A DNA stretch of 64,000 bases from a virus. Lineage: Duplodnaviria > Heunggongvirae > Uroviricota > Caudoviricetes. Below, one piece after another: positions 51,995 through 60,211 of this stretch. The DNA lies in the IMG/VR virus record IMGVR_UViG_3300009174_000004, positions 31,778 through 95,777 of that record. One strand, written 5' to 3'. The notes beneath the pieces were generated by a model. The model did not search any database. It was given only the letters and a program-made list of their open reading frames with translations, and had not been told where the DNA came from. Position 1 is the first letter of the stretch. The number at the start of each line of letters is the position of its first letter. A program made the position numbers and the translations under genes.

Positions 51995-52578
51995 ACATCT
52001 CAGTCATCACGCCCACCTGGCAGCGGCATGACATTCTCATCAACCGGTGCTTGCCCTCGGTGACTGCCCAGACCGTGCCGGTCGAACACATTGTCGTCTC
52101 GGACGGTCCTGACCCAGTACTTAGGGAGCTTCTGGCTGGCTTCGACGTGACGTACGTCGAGGTTGACGAGCACCACACCGAGGGCGTGAACGTTGGTGGA
52201 TGGGCTCGTAATCGGGGCCTGGAGTTTGCCTCAGGTGACTTCATCGCCTATCTGGACGATGACAACGTCTTCCGGCCCAGCCATGTCGAGCTTCTGGCAA
52301 CTGCGTTGGCCGAGCACCCCGACCGAGACTTTGCCTACAGCCAGATGTTTCGACATGGTCTGGGTGACGTTATCGGGAGTGATCCACCATGCTATGGGTG
52401 CATAGACTCCTCGATCATCATGCACCGGGCTGACACCCACCGGAAATTGGGACCGTGGCCGGCCCCCTCTGAATACCATATCGACTGGCAGATAGTGCAG
52501 TCCTGGCTGCTGGCCGGTGGGACCTGGGTATTTGTGCCCGAGGTGACAGTGGACTACTACTTCAGGGGCTACGTATGA
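51991..52578 (+). CDS. glycosyltransferase family 2
   Basis: MNISVITPTWQRHDILINRCLPSVTAQT...YLDDDN (DxD). ATGA overlap. Confidence 0.6.
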   Translation: MNISVITPTWQRHDILINRCLPSVTAQTVPVEHIVVSDGPDPVLRELLAGFDVTYVEVDEHHTEGVNVGGWARNRGLEFASGDFIAYLDDDNVFRPSHVELLATALAEHPDRDFAYSQMFRHGLGDVIGSDPPCYGCIDSSIIMHRADTHRKLGPWPAPSEYHIDWQIVQSWLLAGGTWVFVPEVTVDYYFRGYV

Positions 52579-53198
52579 GCAGACCGACCATTACCGTCGT
52601 CACCCCGACGCATCCGGCCCGAGTGCACAATGGAATGTTGCTGCGTGCCCAGCAGTCTGTGTGGGCCCAGACACTTCTACCTGATGCTCATGCTGTCGCC
52701 TATGACCTTGATCGGGAAGGTGCTGCTGCGACCAGGCAGCGGGCCCTGATGATGGCCAATACAGACTTTGTGGCTTTCCTGGACTCAGACGACTTCTTCT
52801 TCGCTGAGCACCTTGAACAGCTTATGAATCATCAGCAGAAGACGGGTGCTGACTACGTTTACTCCTGGTTCAAGGTCTTCCAGGAGACGCCCTGGGGTGG
52901 GTCGCTACTGGATCATGACCCGATCTTTCCGTCCACCCACTTCACCCGACCCTTTGACCCGGAAAGCCCGATCGAGACGACGATTACGACCCTGGTCCGC
53001 ACAGAACTAGCCAAAGAAGTTGGATTCAAGCCCCTGAACAGAGGTCATGACATCAACTCGGGCGAGGACCGATACTTCACCCTCAACTGCCTGGAGAAGG
53101 GCGCCAAGATCTCCCACCTGGTCAAGAAGACCTGGGGCTGGAGTCACCACGGGGCTAACACGTCAGGACTACCTACCAAGGGAGACGCGGCACAGTGA
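52575..53198 (+). CDS. glycosyltransferase family 2-like
   Basis: TITVVTPTHPARVHNGMLLRAQQSVWAQT...FLDSDD (DxD). Confidence 0.55.
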   Translation: MSRPTITVVTPTHPARVHNGMLLRAQQSVWAQTLLPDAHAVAYDLDREGAAATRQRALMMANTDFVAFLDSDDFFFAEHLEQLMNHQQKTGADYVYSWFKVFQETPWGGSLLDHDPIFPSTHFTRPFDPESPIETTITTLVRTELAKEVGFKPLNRGHDINSGEDRYFTLNCLEKGAKISHLVKKTWGWSHHGANTSGLPTKGDAAQ

Positions 53199-53470
53199 CC
53201 TACAACTACAGCGACCATGCCGTCTTTGCCCTGGTAGGCATAACTCACTTTCCAGTTGAGATAACTGCGCCAGGACCACAGCCACCTAACCCTCCGAACC
53301 TCAGTCTCGTATGCGGTAAGTGCTACAACGCATGGCCCTGCCAAACGATACTTGACTACCGCGCCTACGCACTGGCCAACCAGATTCCAACGGCTACCCA
53401 GTCGCCGCTACAGCCTGGCTTCCAGGACTTCCAGAACACTGGAAAACTGGTACCCGGCCGCTCGACTTAG
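53195..53470 (+). CDS. hypothetical protein (91 aa)
   Basis: GTGA overlap. ORF track. Confidence 0.3.
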   Translation: MTYNYSDHAVFALVGITHFPVEITAPGPQPPNPPNLSLVCGKCYNAWPCQTILDYRAYALANQIPTATQSPLQPGFQDFQNTGKLVPGRST

Positions 53471-53505
53471 TGACAGCAGCGCCTTTCCAACCTAAGGTGA
53501 TCTCT

Positions 53506-53721
53506 ATGACGGCGGGATACAAGATCACTGCCTACGACGCAGCCGGCGTCGAGGTCAAGACCATAGAACTTGATGCTGGAGAAGACGGGCCCGGGTTCTA
53601 CGCCCACCAGCTACTCCATGCTGATCTCATTACCCGAGTCCAGGTCCACGACTCAGAGACCGGAGAACTACTCCTAGATCGCAGCGAGCCCACGGAGGCC
53701 GACTATGCTGCTGATTCCTGA
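53506..53721 (+). CDS. hypothetical protein (71 aa)
   Basis: ATG with AAGGTGA 7 nt upstream. The ORF track begins at GTG 53470. Confidence 0.3.
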   Translation: MTAGYKITAYDAAGVEVKTIELDAGEDGPGFYAHQLLHADLITRVQVHDSETGELLLDRSEPTEADYAADS

Positions 53722-54553
53722 GTGGACCTACCTCGGGCCCCCCGACTCAAACTACAGCGGCTCCATGAAGGCGTTCATGGGCTTGGTCTTACACATCGCA
53801 GAAGGCTCATACGAAGGCACCATCAACTGGCAGAAGAACCCAGCATCTGACGTGTCCAGCCATACTGTGCACGGCAAAGCTGGCGAACGTGCTCAGATGC
53901 TCGACATCAACCTCACCGCCTGGACACAGTCCAGCGGCAACGGCTACTGGGTCAGCGTGGAGCATGCCGGGTTCAACTACGAGGAACTCACGCCACCGCA
54001 GTTCGAGTCGACGGCAGCCCTGTACGCCTGGCTCGTTGTCGCTAAGCACGTCCCACTCCAGTTGACTGACGACGTCAACCGTCCTGGCCTCGGTTGGCAC
54101 GGCATGGGTGGTGCCGCCTGGGGCGGCCACTACAACTGTCCCGGTGAGCCGATCAAGGCTCAGCGACAGGGCATCCTCAACCGCGCTACGGCGATTCTGA
54201 ACGGAGAGGGCATGACATCCCCGGCCGATTTTTGGAACTTCCCCATCAACAACCCGAACGACGGTAAGCCGAACCCAGCAGCGACGTACGTTGCATACGC
54301 TGACTACTACGCCTGGCTGGCAGGGATCTGGGCCTGGCAGTCAAAGCACCTGCTCCTGGGTCTGGCCAGTATGGATGATCCAATTACGGTGCCAGCGCCA
54401 CCGGAGAAGTTCGGGAACTACCCAGAGACCCAGCCGTTTGAGGTGGCCAACCTGCTGGCCCAGGCCATCATGAACACCGGCGGGGGCCCCGGCGGGCTCG
54501 TGCCGCATGTGCATGCAGTTGGCGACACTGGCCCCGCAATCGAGGACAACTGA
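53705..54553 (+). CDS. N-acetylmuramoyl-L-alanine amidase (Amidase_2/PGRP) endolysin
   Basis: HTVHGKAGERAQM...SGNGYWVSVEHAGFNYEE...GWHGMGGAAWGGHYNCPG matches the Amidase_2 zinc-binding pattern. Confidence 0.65.
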   Translation: MLLIPEWTYLGPPDSNYSGSMKAFMGLVLHIAEGSYEGTINWQKNPASDVSSHTVHGKAGERAQMLDINLTAWTQSSGNGYWVSVEHAGFNYEELTPPQFESTAALYAWLVVAKHVPLQLTDDVNRPGLGWHGMGGAAWGGHYNCPGEPIKAQRQGILNRATAILNGEGMTSPADFWNFPINNPNDGKPNPAATYVAYADYYAWLAGIWAWQSKHLLLGLASMDDPITVPAPPEKFGNYPETQPFEVANLLAQAIMNTGGGPGGLVPHVHAVGDTGPAIEDN

Positions 54554-54554
54554 C

Positions 54555-55574
54555 TTGAGAGTCCTGCTCACGGGAGCCGCTGGATTCCTCGGCTCCCACT
54601 GTCTGCGTCACCTATTAACCAAAACGGACTGGCACATCGTGTGTCCGGTGAGCTTCAAGCACAAGGGCCTACCCGAGCGCCTCGTGGTGGCGGTAGACGA
54701 GGAGGGGGACTGGTGGGACAGGATCACTGTCGTTCGGTGTGACCTAGCAGCCCCCATCAACGACACCACGGCCACCCGGTTCGGGGACATCGACTACATC
54801 ATCAACTACGCCTCCGAGTCGCACGTTGATCGGTCCATCGATGATCCAGTTCCCTTTATTCAGAACAACATCGAAGTGGTACTCAACGTCCTGGAGTACG
54901 CCCGGAAGATCCGCCCCAGCGTCTTCGTCCAGGTCAGTACCGACGAGGTCTATGGGCCGGCGCCCGAGGGCTACGACTGTGCGGAGTGGGATCCCATCAT
55001 CCCTAGTAATCCGTACAGCGCCTCCAAGGCTGCCCAGGAGGCCATCGCCATCAGCTACTGGCGCACCTACGGGGTCAACCTGATCATCACCAACTGTATG
55101 AACCTCATCGGCGAGACCCAAGACCCCGAGAAGTTCATCCCAATGATCATGTCGAGGGTCCTGCACCGGGAGCCCGTCCCGATCCATGCTGCTGCCGACG
55201 GCACCATCGGCTCCCGGTTCTACCTGCATGCCCGTAACCTAGCCGATGCCATCCTGTTCCTCATCCGGCGAGGCAACATCTCCCGGTACGAATCCGGCGC
55301 CACGCAGCCGGACCGGTGGAACGTCGTGGGCGAGCGTGAGGTGTCCAATTTGGAGATGGCCCAGATGGTGGCCGACTGCCTCGGGGAACCGCTGCAGTAC
55401 GAGCTAGTGGACTTCCACACCAGCCGTCCTGGCCACGACCTCAGGTACGCCCTCGACGGGTCTAAGCTGGCAGCGACAGGATGGACGATGCCGGTTCCCC
55501 TCGATGCCTCAATCAAGGCCCTGGTGAACTGGACCAGGGCTCACCCCGAGTGGGCCAGCAGGAGGCCTGACTAA
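54555..55574 (+). CDS. NAD-dependent sugar epimerase/dehydratase (extended SDR; dTDP-glucose 4,6-dehydratase-like)
   Basis: TTG start gives MRVLLTGAAGFLGSH (Gly-rich NAD motif). Catalytic PYSASKAAQE (YxxxK). TDEVYG motif. Confidence 0.65.
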   Translation: MRVLLTGAAGFLGSHCLRHLLTKTDWHIVCPVSFKHKGLPERLVVAVDEEGDWWDRITVVRCDLAAPINDTTATRFGDIDYIINYASESHVDRSIDDPVPFIQNNIEVVLNVLEYARKIRPSVFVQVSTDEVYGPAPEGYDCAEWDPIIPSNPYSASKAAQEAIAISYWRTYGVNLIITNCMNLIGETQDPEKFIPMIMSRVLHREPVPIHAAADGTIGSRFYLHARNLADAILFLIRRGNISRYESGATQPDRWNVVGEREVSNLEMAQMVADCLGEPLQYELVDFHTSRPGHDLRYALDGSKLAATGWTMPVPLDASIKALVNWTRAHPEWASRRPD

Positions 55575-55575
55575 C

Positions 55576-56010
55576 GTGGGTATCAGCCGTGAGCGGGTGC
55601 TGCTACGGATGCGATACGGCTGGCCGCAGGGAACCGTTGAGTTCGACCGCAACAAGATCCACCAGCCGGACGGCTACCGGTGCGACGAGGGTGGGTACGT
55701 CTCCATGTGCTGGGACATCCCCACCTACCTGCCCGGCAACTTCGGGGGCATGAGCACCCTGACCCTGGACACCGGGGGCTGGGCCACCGAGGTCCCGGCC
55801 ACGGAACTGAAGCCCGGCGACGCCATGGGGCTGCTCGGTCCCGTCGGTGGGGTCATCGTCATGGTGGAGGGCTGGCTGAACAACGACCCGAACACCGGGT
55901 ACGTGCTGTGCTGGGAGCTTCTGCCTGACTCTTCGCCCGGACCGGTGCGACGAGCCCGTCCGTACAGCTTCCAGTGGCATTGCTATCGCTTCCGGGACAT
56001 CGAGGATTAG
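55576..56010 (+). CDS. hypothetical protein, possible Cys-peptidase-like domain (144 aa)
   Basis: GTG start. DGYRCDEGGYVSMCWDI suggests a catalytic Cys. Position next to the amidase. Confidence 0.3.
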   Translation: MGISRERVLLRMRYGWPQGTVEFDRNKIHQPDGYRCDEGGYVSMCWDIPTYLPGNFGGMSTLTLDTGGWATEVPATELKPGDAMGLLGPVGGVIVMVEGWLNNDPNTGYVLCWELLPDSSPGPVRRARPYSFQWHCYRFRDIED

Positions 56011-56101
56011 AATGACACCGCGTCCGGCCCACCACCCTGCCGTGTGGGCCGGGCCTTCCTTTAGGAGTTTTAGGAAACTTTAGGAAGGTTTAGGCAACTC
56101 G

Positions 56102-56461
56102 ATGCCAGGTTCTCGGCGCACCTACAGCTACGCCCTGGTGCCCACGACCCAGGAGGATGCTCCCAAGGTCCTGGCGCGGGCGGAGCGGATTCTGGGCTGG
56201 GCCTGCGACGGTGACGAGCGGGTGGAGTGCCATGGGATCACCGGCGAGGCCGTGGGCTCAATCACCCTGAACCTGACGATCGTGGGCCGGGACCAGTGGT
56301 GGTCCCGGCAACTGGCGCAGGACATCCTGAACTTAGTCACCTGGGGCCTAGAGAAGGACGCTACCAAGCTTCAGCTTGAGTCCAGGCGCCAGGAGGTGCA
56401 TATGAACCGGGGCTATGCCCATGGTCGGACGAAGACGTACCGGACGCCCAAGATCAGTTAG
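56102..56461 (+). CDS. hypothetical protein (119 aa), last gene of the rightward block
   Basis: ORF track. Convergent 8-nt overlap with the acidic protein gene. Confidence 0.35.
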   Translation: MPGSRRTYSYALVPTTQEDAPKVLARAERILGWACDGDERVECHGITGEAVGSITLNLTIVGRDQWWSRQLAQDILNLVTWGLEKDATKLQLESRRQEVHMNRGYAHGRTKTYRTPKIS

Positions 56462-56834
56462 TTGGGGCTCCGTCGTCGGCGGCGAGCCGAGCCAGGACGT
56501 CTGCGTGTTCTACGGCAATCAGTTCACCGAGGTCGGAGACGGCGCCATTGGGAGAGGGTTCCTCCTCGCCTCCTTCCTCCAGGTCCTCGTCGTCTAGTTC
56601 TTCGTCATCCTCTTCTTCGAGGTCCTCATCTTCCTCGTCGTCCAGTTCGGCGACGGAGCGCTGGTACTCCTCCTCGGACTCCTGGACGATGGCGTACTCC
56701 CAGTTCTTGAACGCAGCCAGCAACTCCTCGCCCTCGTTCAAGATCTCCAGGACGTTGCCGTTCTCGGCGTAGGTGATCGAGTCCCCGTTGATGAGGATGG
56801 ATTCCTGGCTAACGAGCTTGACGATGATTCCCAT
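56454..56834 (-). CDS. highly acidic protein (126 aa; D/E-rich C-terminal half)
   Basis: Translation EEEYQRSVAELDDEEDEDLEEEDDEELDDEDLEEGGEEE. Confidence 0.4.
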   Translation of the reverse strand: MGIIVKLVSQESILINGDSITYAENGNVLEILNEGEELLAAFKNWEYAIVQESEEEYQRSVAELDDEEDEDLEEEDDEELDDEDLEEGGEEEPSPNGAVSDLGELIAVEHADVLARLAADDGAPTN

Positions 56835-56913
56835 TTAAGACTCCTTCCAGAGAGGGCGACCCCGGCTCCTCTCTGCCTAGGAGCCGGGGCCACGTTATTG
56901 GAGCCTATAACAG

Positions 56914-57168
56914 TTACGGGCGGTCGAACTCGCCGTCCTTGGCTCCGTCTACGAAAGCATCCCACTCGGGACCGGTGAACTTCAGAACCGGGCCGGTTCC
57001 GTTGTCCTTGGTGTCACGCACTAGGACCTCGTCACTGCCCGCGAAGGCGATCTCGACGCAGTTGTCCGTGTACGGACCTGAGCGCGTGCTCTTGCGCCAG
57101 AAGACCTCGACGCAGTTAGCCGACTCACTACTGTACCTACTCTTGTGCCAGCCGCCGTCAGGCTGCAT
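56914..57168 (-). CDS. DUF397-like protein with a duplicated CVE motif
   Basis: WHKSRYSSESANCVEVFWRKSTRSGPYTDNCVEIAF...VLVRDTKDNGTGPVLKFTGPEWDAFVDGAK. Confidence 0.6.
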   Translation of the reverse strand: MQPDGGWHKSRYSSESANCVEVFWRKSTRSGPYTDNCVEIAFAGSDEVLVRDTKDNGTGPVLKFTGPEWDAFVDGAKDGEFDRP

Positions 57169-57171
57169 TGA

Positions 57172-57438
57172 TCAATCCTTTCCGAGGCGGTCGAACTCGC
57201 CGTCCTTGGTTCCGGCCACGAAAGCATCCCACTCGGGACCGGTGAACTTCAGAACCGGACCATCGGGATTCTTGGAGTCGCGGACCCAGACCTCATCACC
57301 GTCGAGCCTGGTCTGCACGCAGGCGCCGTCGGTGTTGCTGCGGCTGCTCTTGGTCCAGGCGGCCTGGACGCAGTTGCCACCCTGGCTGTCGGACGCACTG
57401 CTCTTGATCCAGTTGATGATCCACTCGATATCAGACAT
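57172..57438 (-). CDS. DUF397-like protein (paralog of 56914..57168)
   Basis: From the internal Met: MSDIEWIINWIKSSASDSQGGNCVQAAWTKSSRSNTDGACVQTRLDGDEVWVRDSKNPDGPVLKFTGPEWDAFVAG. RBS GAGGAAAGGG upstream. Confidence 0.6.
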   Translation of the reverse strand: MSDIEWIINWIKSSASDSQGGNCVQAAWTKSSRSNTDGACVQTRLDGDEVWVRDSKNPDGPVLKFTGPEWDAFVAGTKDGEFDRLGKD

Positions 57439-57457
57439 TTTACCCTTTCCTCTTCCG

Positions 57458-58246
57458 CTAGCAGCCGAGGCTAGCGCCACGGTTGGCCATGAACGGCACT
57501 GGATCCACCTTGCCGTTCCAGAGCCCACCAGTGTGGACCTCGAAGTGCAGGTGTGGTCCCTGGGCATCGCCCGTAGCCCCGACATACCCGATGACCTGGC
57601 CAGCGTTCACCCAGCCTGCCTTGACAGCGAAGCTCGACTGGTGCATATACACCGTCCAGACCCCGTTGCCATGGTTGATCATCGTGTAGTTGCCGGCGCC
57701 GCTGGACTGCCAGCCCACGGAAACCGTACCTCCGGTTGCCGCCCGGATGGCTGTGCCGTAGCCAGCAGCCAGGTCCACGCCCTCGTGCATCCGGCCCCAG
57801 CGCCAGCCGTAGCCGGACACGACGCAGGCGTTGACCGGAGGTACCCAGCCAGAGCTTGTCGTCACTGCCGCCTGAGCCGGCGCGGGAGGTGCCGCCGAGA
57901 CATTGCCCGAGGCACAATTGATTACCAGGCGCTGCCCTGGGTAGATCAGATTCGGGTTGCCACCCACGACGGACCGGTTGTCGTTGTAGATGCCCGTCCA
58001 GGCGCCGTTGCCGCAGTGCCTGGAGGCCAGTCCGCTGAGGGTGTCACCGGGTACGACGGTAACGGTGATCGTGGCGGATGCGGCCAGTTCCTTCGGGGCA
58101 ACGAAGGTGTTGCCCAACTTGACCGTGTTCGCCACGGCCAGCCTGGTATCAGACTCGGCCGTCTTTGCGTGAGCCGGGACTTGCAACCCCAGCAAGATCG
58201 CACTCGCTAGCCCAGTGGCTAGCAGAGCCTTACCCACCTTGAGCAT
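57458..58246 (-). CDS. secreted LysM + M23 (lysostaphin-like) peptidoglycan endopeptidase
   Basis: Signal peptide MLKVGKALLATGLASAILLGLQVPAHA. LysM VTVVPGDTLSGLASRH...IYPGQRLVI. M23 motifs HEGVDLAAGYGTAIRAATGG and GATGDAQGPHLHFEV. Confidence 0.7.
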   Translation of the reverse strand: MLKVGKALLATGLASAILLGLQVPAHAKTAESDTRLAVANTVKLGNTFVAPKELAASATITVTVVPGDTLSGLASRHCGNGAWTGIYNDNRSVVGGNPNLIYPGQRLVINCASGNVSAAPPAPAQAAVTTSSGWVPPVNACVVSGYGWRWGRMHEGVDLAAGYGTAIRAATGGTVSVGWQSSGAGNYTMINHGNGVWTVYMHQSSFAVKAGWVNAGQVIGYVGATGDAQGPHLHFEVHTGGLWNGKVDPVPFMANRGASLGC

Positions 58247-58338
58247 GGTGTGGTTTTCTCCTTACCCAGCAGGAAGTTGGTCACGTTGACCAGGGCTGCT
58301 TACTGCTGGACGAATTGGTCCCCACCTGCGTGAAAGTC

Positions 58339-58794
58339 TTACGCGAACTCGACATCCTCTCCAGCCTCAACGGCTGCCCGGAGGCCATCGATGAAAGCCT
58401 GTGTCTTCGTGCGCCAGTCCCCGATGTGCCCCCGGTCGACCTCATCGGGAAGCAGCGGCAGCAACTCCGTGAGACGGTCAGCGAGTGGACCAGCCTGTGC
58501 TGGGTGGATAACACCCTCACAGTCGGAGTGGGCGATCAGCACCAGCAGCGGGTCGGCGGGGGTCTCGTCCCAGTCGCCCATCAACTGCTCGTTGGTGACG
58601 TGACCCCAGTCGATGAGGACGAAGTCGTGACCGTTCATGAAGGTGTCGGCGTCCTCCCACGTCACCTTCGCAACGGTGTATCCGGCGGTACGGGCAAGGC
58701 GCTCGCGCCAACGGGAGAAGGCGCTGTATGCGCCGGTCCAACATTCATGAGAAACCCACAGGCCCATTAGTCGACGTCCCAGTCTGAGTCCCAC
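58339..58794 (-). CDS. hypothetical protein (151 aa)
   Basis: ORF track, globular composition. Confidence 0.4.
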   Translation of the reverse strand: MGLRLGRRLMGLWVSHECWTGAYSAFSRWRERLARTAGYTVAKVTWEDADTFMNGHDFVLIDWGHVTNEQLMGDWDETPADPLLVLIAHSDCEGVIHPAQAGPLADRLTELLPLLPDEVDRGHIGDWRTKTQAFIDGLRAAVEAGEDVEFA

Positions 58795-59123
58795 TGGGCA
58801 CGGAAAATCTCCTGAGCTTCGTCGGTCGTCAAAAACCCGTTCGACACCACGATGGCCACCTGGTCGCTGCCCGTGTCGACCGGATAGAGATGGACCTGGT
58901 TATCCGAAGCCTCCTCGATCGCCCTGCCGATGTCATCCAACGGAGCGTCTTCCTTCCAGTCCCAGGTCAGCACCTGGGAGCGTGTCACGAATCGCTGCTT
59001 GCGGTCAGCTTCAACAGCAGCAGCAATCGCTTGGGCCGTAAGGGCACCGAGCTTGTAGGCGGTGGCCTCGTGCTCGTCGAGGTGACTCAGGTCCATGCCA
59101 CTGGCCTCAGGTTGCTCAGTCAT
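58767..59123 (-). CDS. hypothetical acidic protein (118 aa)
   Basis: ORF track. Confidence 0.4.
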   Translation of the reverse strand: MTEQPEASGMDLSHLDEHEATAYKLGALTAQAIAAAVEADRKQRFVTRSQVLTWDWKEDAPLDDIGRAIEEASDNQVHLYPVDTGSDQVAIVVSNGFLTTDEAQEIFRAQWDSDWDVD

Positions 59124-59353
59124 AGTTCAGGTCCCAAATGTCGAAGACCTAGCCGCTTCTCGATCTCGGCCATGTTGCGGGCGGTGACCTTGGGGCCACA
59201 GCGCCGGCACACGATCCGTCCGTCGACCGATGCACCATCCCGGGCAGCCTCGTGACCACCGAACATCTGCCCACACTCGGCGCACGGTCGCCAGAAGTAC
59301 CCTAAAGTCCAGGCCCAGGCTCGATGCACCCAGGCAGGCAACCGTCTACGCAT
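59120..59353 (-). CDS. zinc-ribbon protein (about 77 aa)
   Basis: Internal start of ORF 59120..59638: MRRRLPAWVHRAWAWTLGYFWRPCAECGQMFGG...IVCRRCGPKV. The start overlaps the exonuclease stop (GATGCGTAG). Confidence 0.35.
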   Translation of the reverse strand: MRRRLPAWVHRAWAWTLGYFWRPCAECGQMFGGHEAARDGASVDGRIVCRRCGPKVTARNMAEIEKRLGLRHLGPEL

Positions 59354-59936
59354 CGTCATCGATGACCTCGGCTTCGACCTCGTTGCTGATGGTCCGCACG
59401 TTGCGCACGTCATCGATGCGCCTGAAGGCCTCCTGCACCCACCGAGCATCGTGCATCGCGTTGTGACGACGGATCGGCTGAGGCGGCAAGACCACCTGCG
59501 GGTGCTCTTCGGAAAGCTGCTGGAGTTCGTGCGTGAACATCGGTACACCCGGAGGAAGTTCAGCCATGGATCCGAACGTCTGACACAGGACCACATGGTC
59601 GTAGGCGCCGTACCAGGCCCACAGTTCGGCTGGATCAAGCTCCAGGCCCACTGTCAAGAAGTCGTGAATGGCCAGAGGGATGGCGTCCATGGCCATGACG
59701 TTGGGGTAGTCCTCGTGGTCCTTGCTCCACTGGAAGATGTAGGGGTCGTCGAACGCGATGGGAAGTTCCGGCACTACGTTGACGGACAACCAGGGATGCT
59801 TGACCACATTGGACAGACACTCCTCGTTGATCAGGTACATCTCGTGCCCATCCTCGCGGACCATGCCGATGGACACTAGCTGGATGGGTAACTCTCGGCC
59901 ACGTTCCACGAACTCGCAGTCGTAGAAGACACGCAT
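59346..59936 (-). CDS. DEDDh 3'-5' exonuclease (DnaQ-like)
   Basis: Exo I FYDCEFVE (D-x-E). Exo III RRHNAMHDARW (H-x4-D). Size ~196 aa. Confidence 0.6.
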   Translation of the reverse strand: MRVFYDCEFVERGRELPIQLVSIGMVREDGHEMYLINEECLSNVVKHPWLSVNVVPELPIAFDDPYIFQWSKDHEDYPNVMAMDAIPLAIHDFLTVGLELDPAELWAWYGAYDHVVLCQTFGSMAELPPGVPMFTHELQQLSEEHPQVVLPPQPIRRHNAMHDARWVQEAFRRIDDVRNVRTISNEVEAEVIDDDA

Positions 59937-60211
59937 TACTTGCTTCCCTCCAGGCGGGCGTTGTGCAAGTTGACCATGTATCGAGCGTTGCGCTCAGACA
60001 GGAAGTCGGCAACCTCTGGCACGTACGCAGCACCAGGGGTCAGGGGTACCGGCATGATGCACCAGCCACCCACGAGGTCGTTAGGCATCACGTACCACGG
60101 GATTTGCTCTAGGTACTGGCATAGGGCGTCGCCACGGAGGGCTCGGAGGAAGTTGATCTGCCGGCTGTGCCTTGAGGGAAGTTCTTCGTCAGCGCATGAC
60201 AACTCTGGCAT
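59936..60211 (-). CDS. hypothetical protein; its frame overlaps the 3' part of the WhiB-like ORF (possible frameshift or miscall)
   Basis: The C-terminal two-thirds of ORF 59936..60292 (…LCQYLEQIPWYVMPNDLVGGWCIMPVPLTPGAAYVPEVADFLSERNARYMVNLHNARLEGSK) are protein-like. Confidence 0.25.
   Translation of the reverse strand: MPELSCADEELPSRHSRQINFLRALRGDALCQYLEQIPWYVMPNDLVGGWCIMPVPLTPGAAYVPEVADFLSERNARYMVNLHNARLEGSK

Noticed and set aside
59120-59638. Full-length 172-aa ORF 59120..59638
   Set aside because: The N-terminal two-thirds overlap the exonuclease gene in another frame with Ser/Arg/Cys/Trp-rich junk. Only the C-terminal zinc-ribbon part (59120..59353) was kept as a possible gene.
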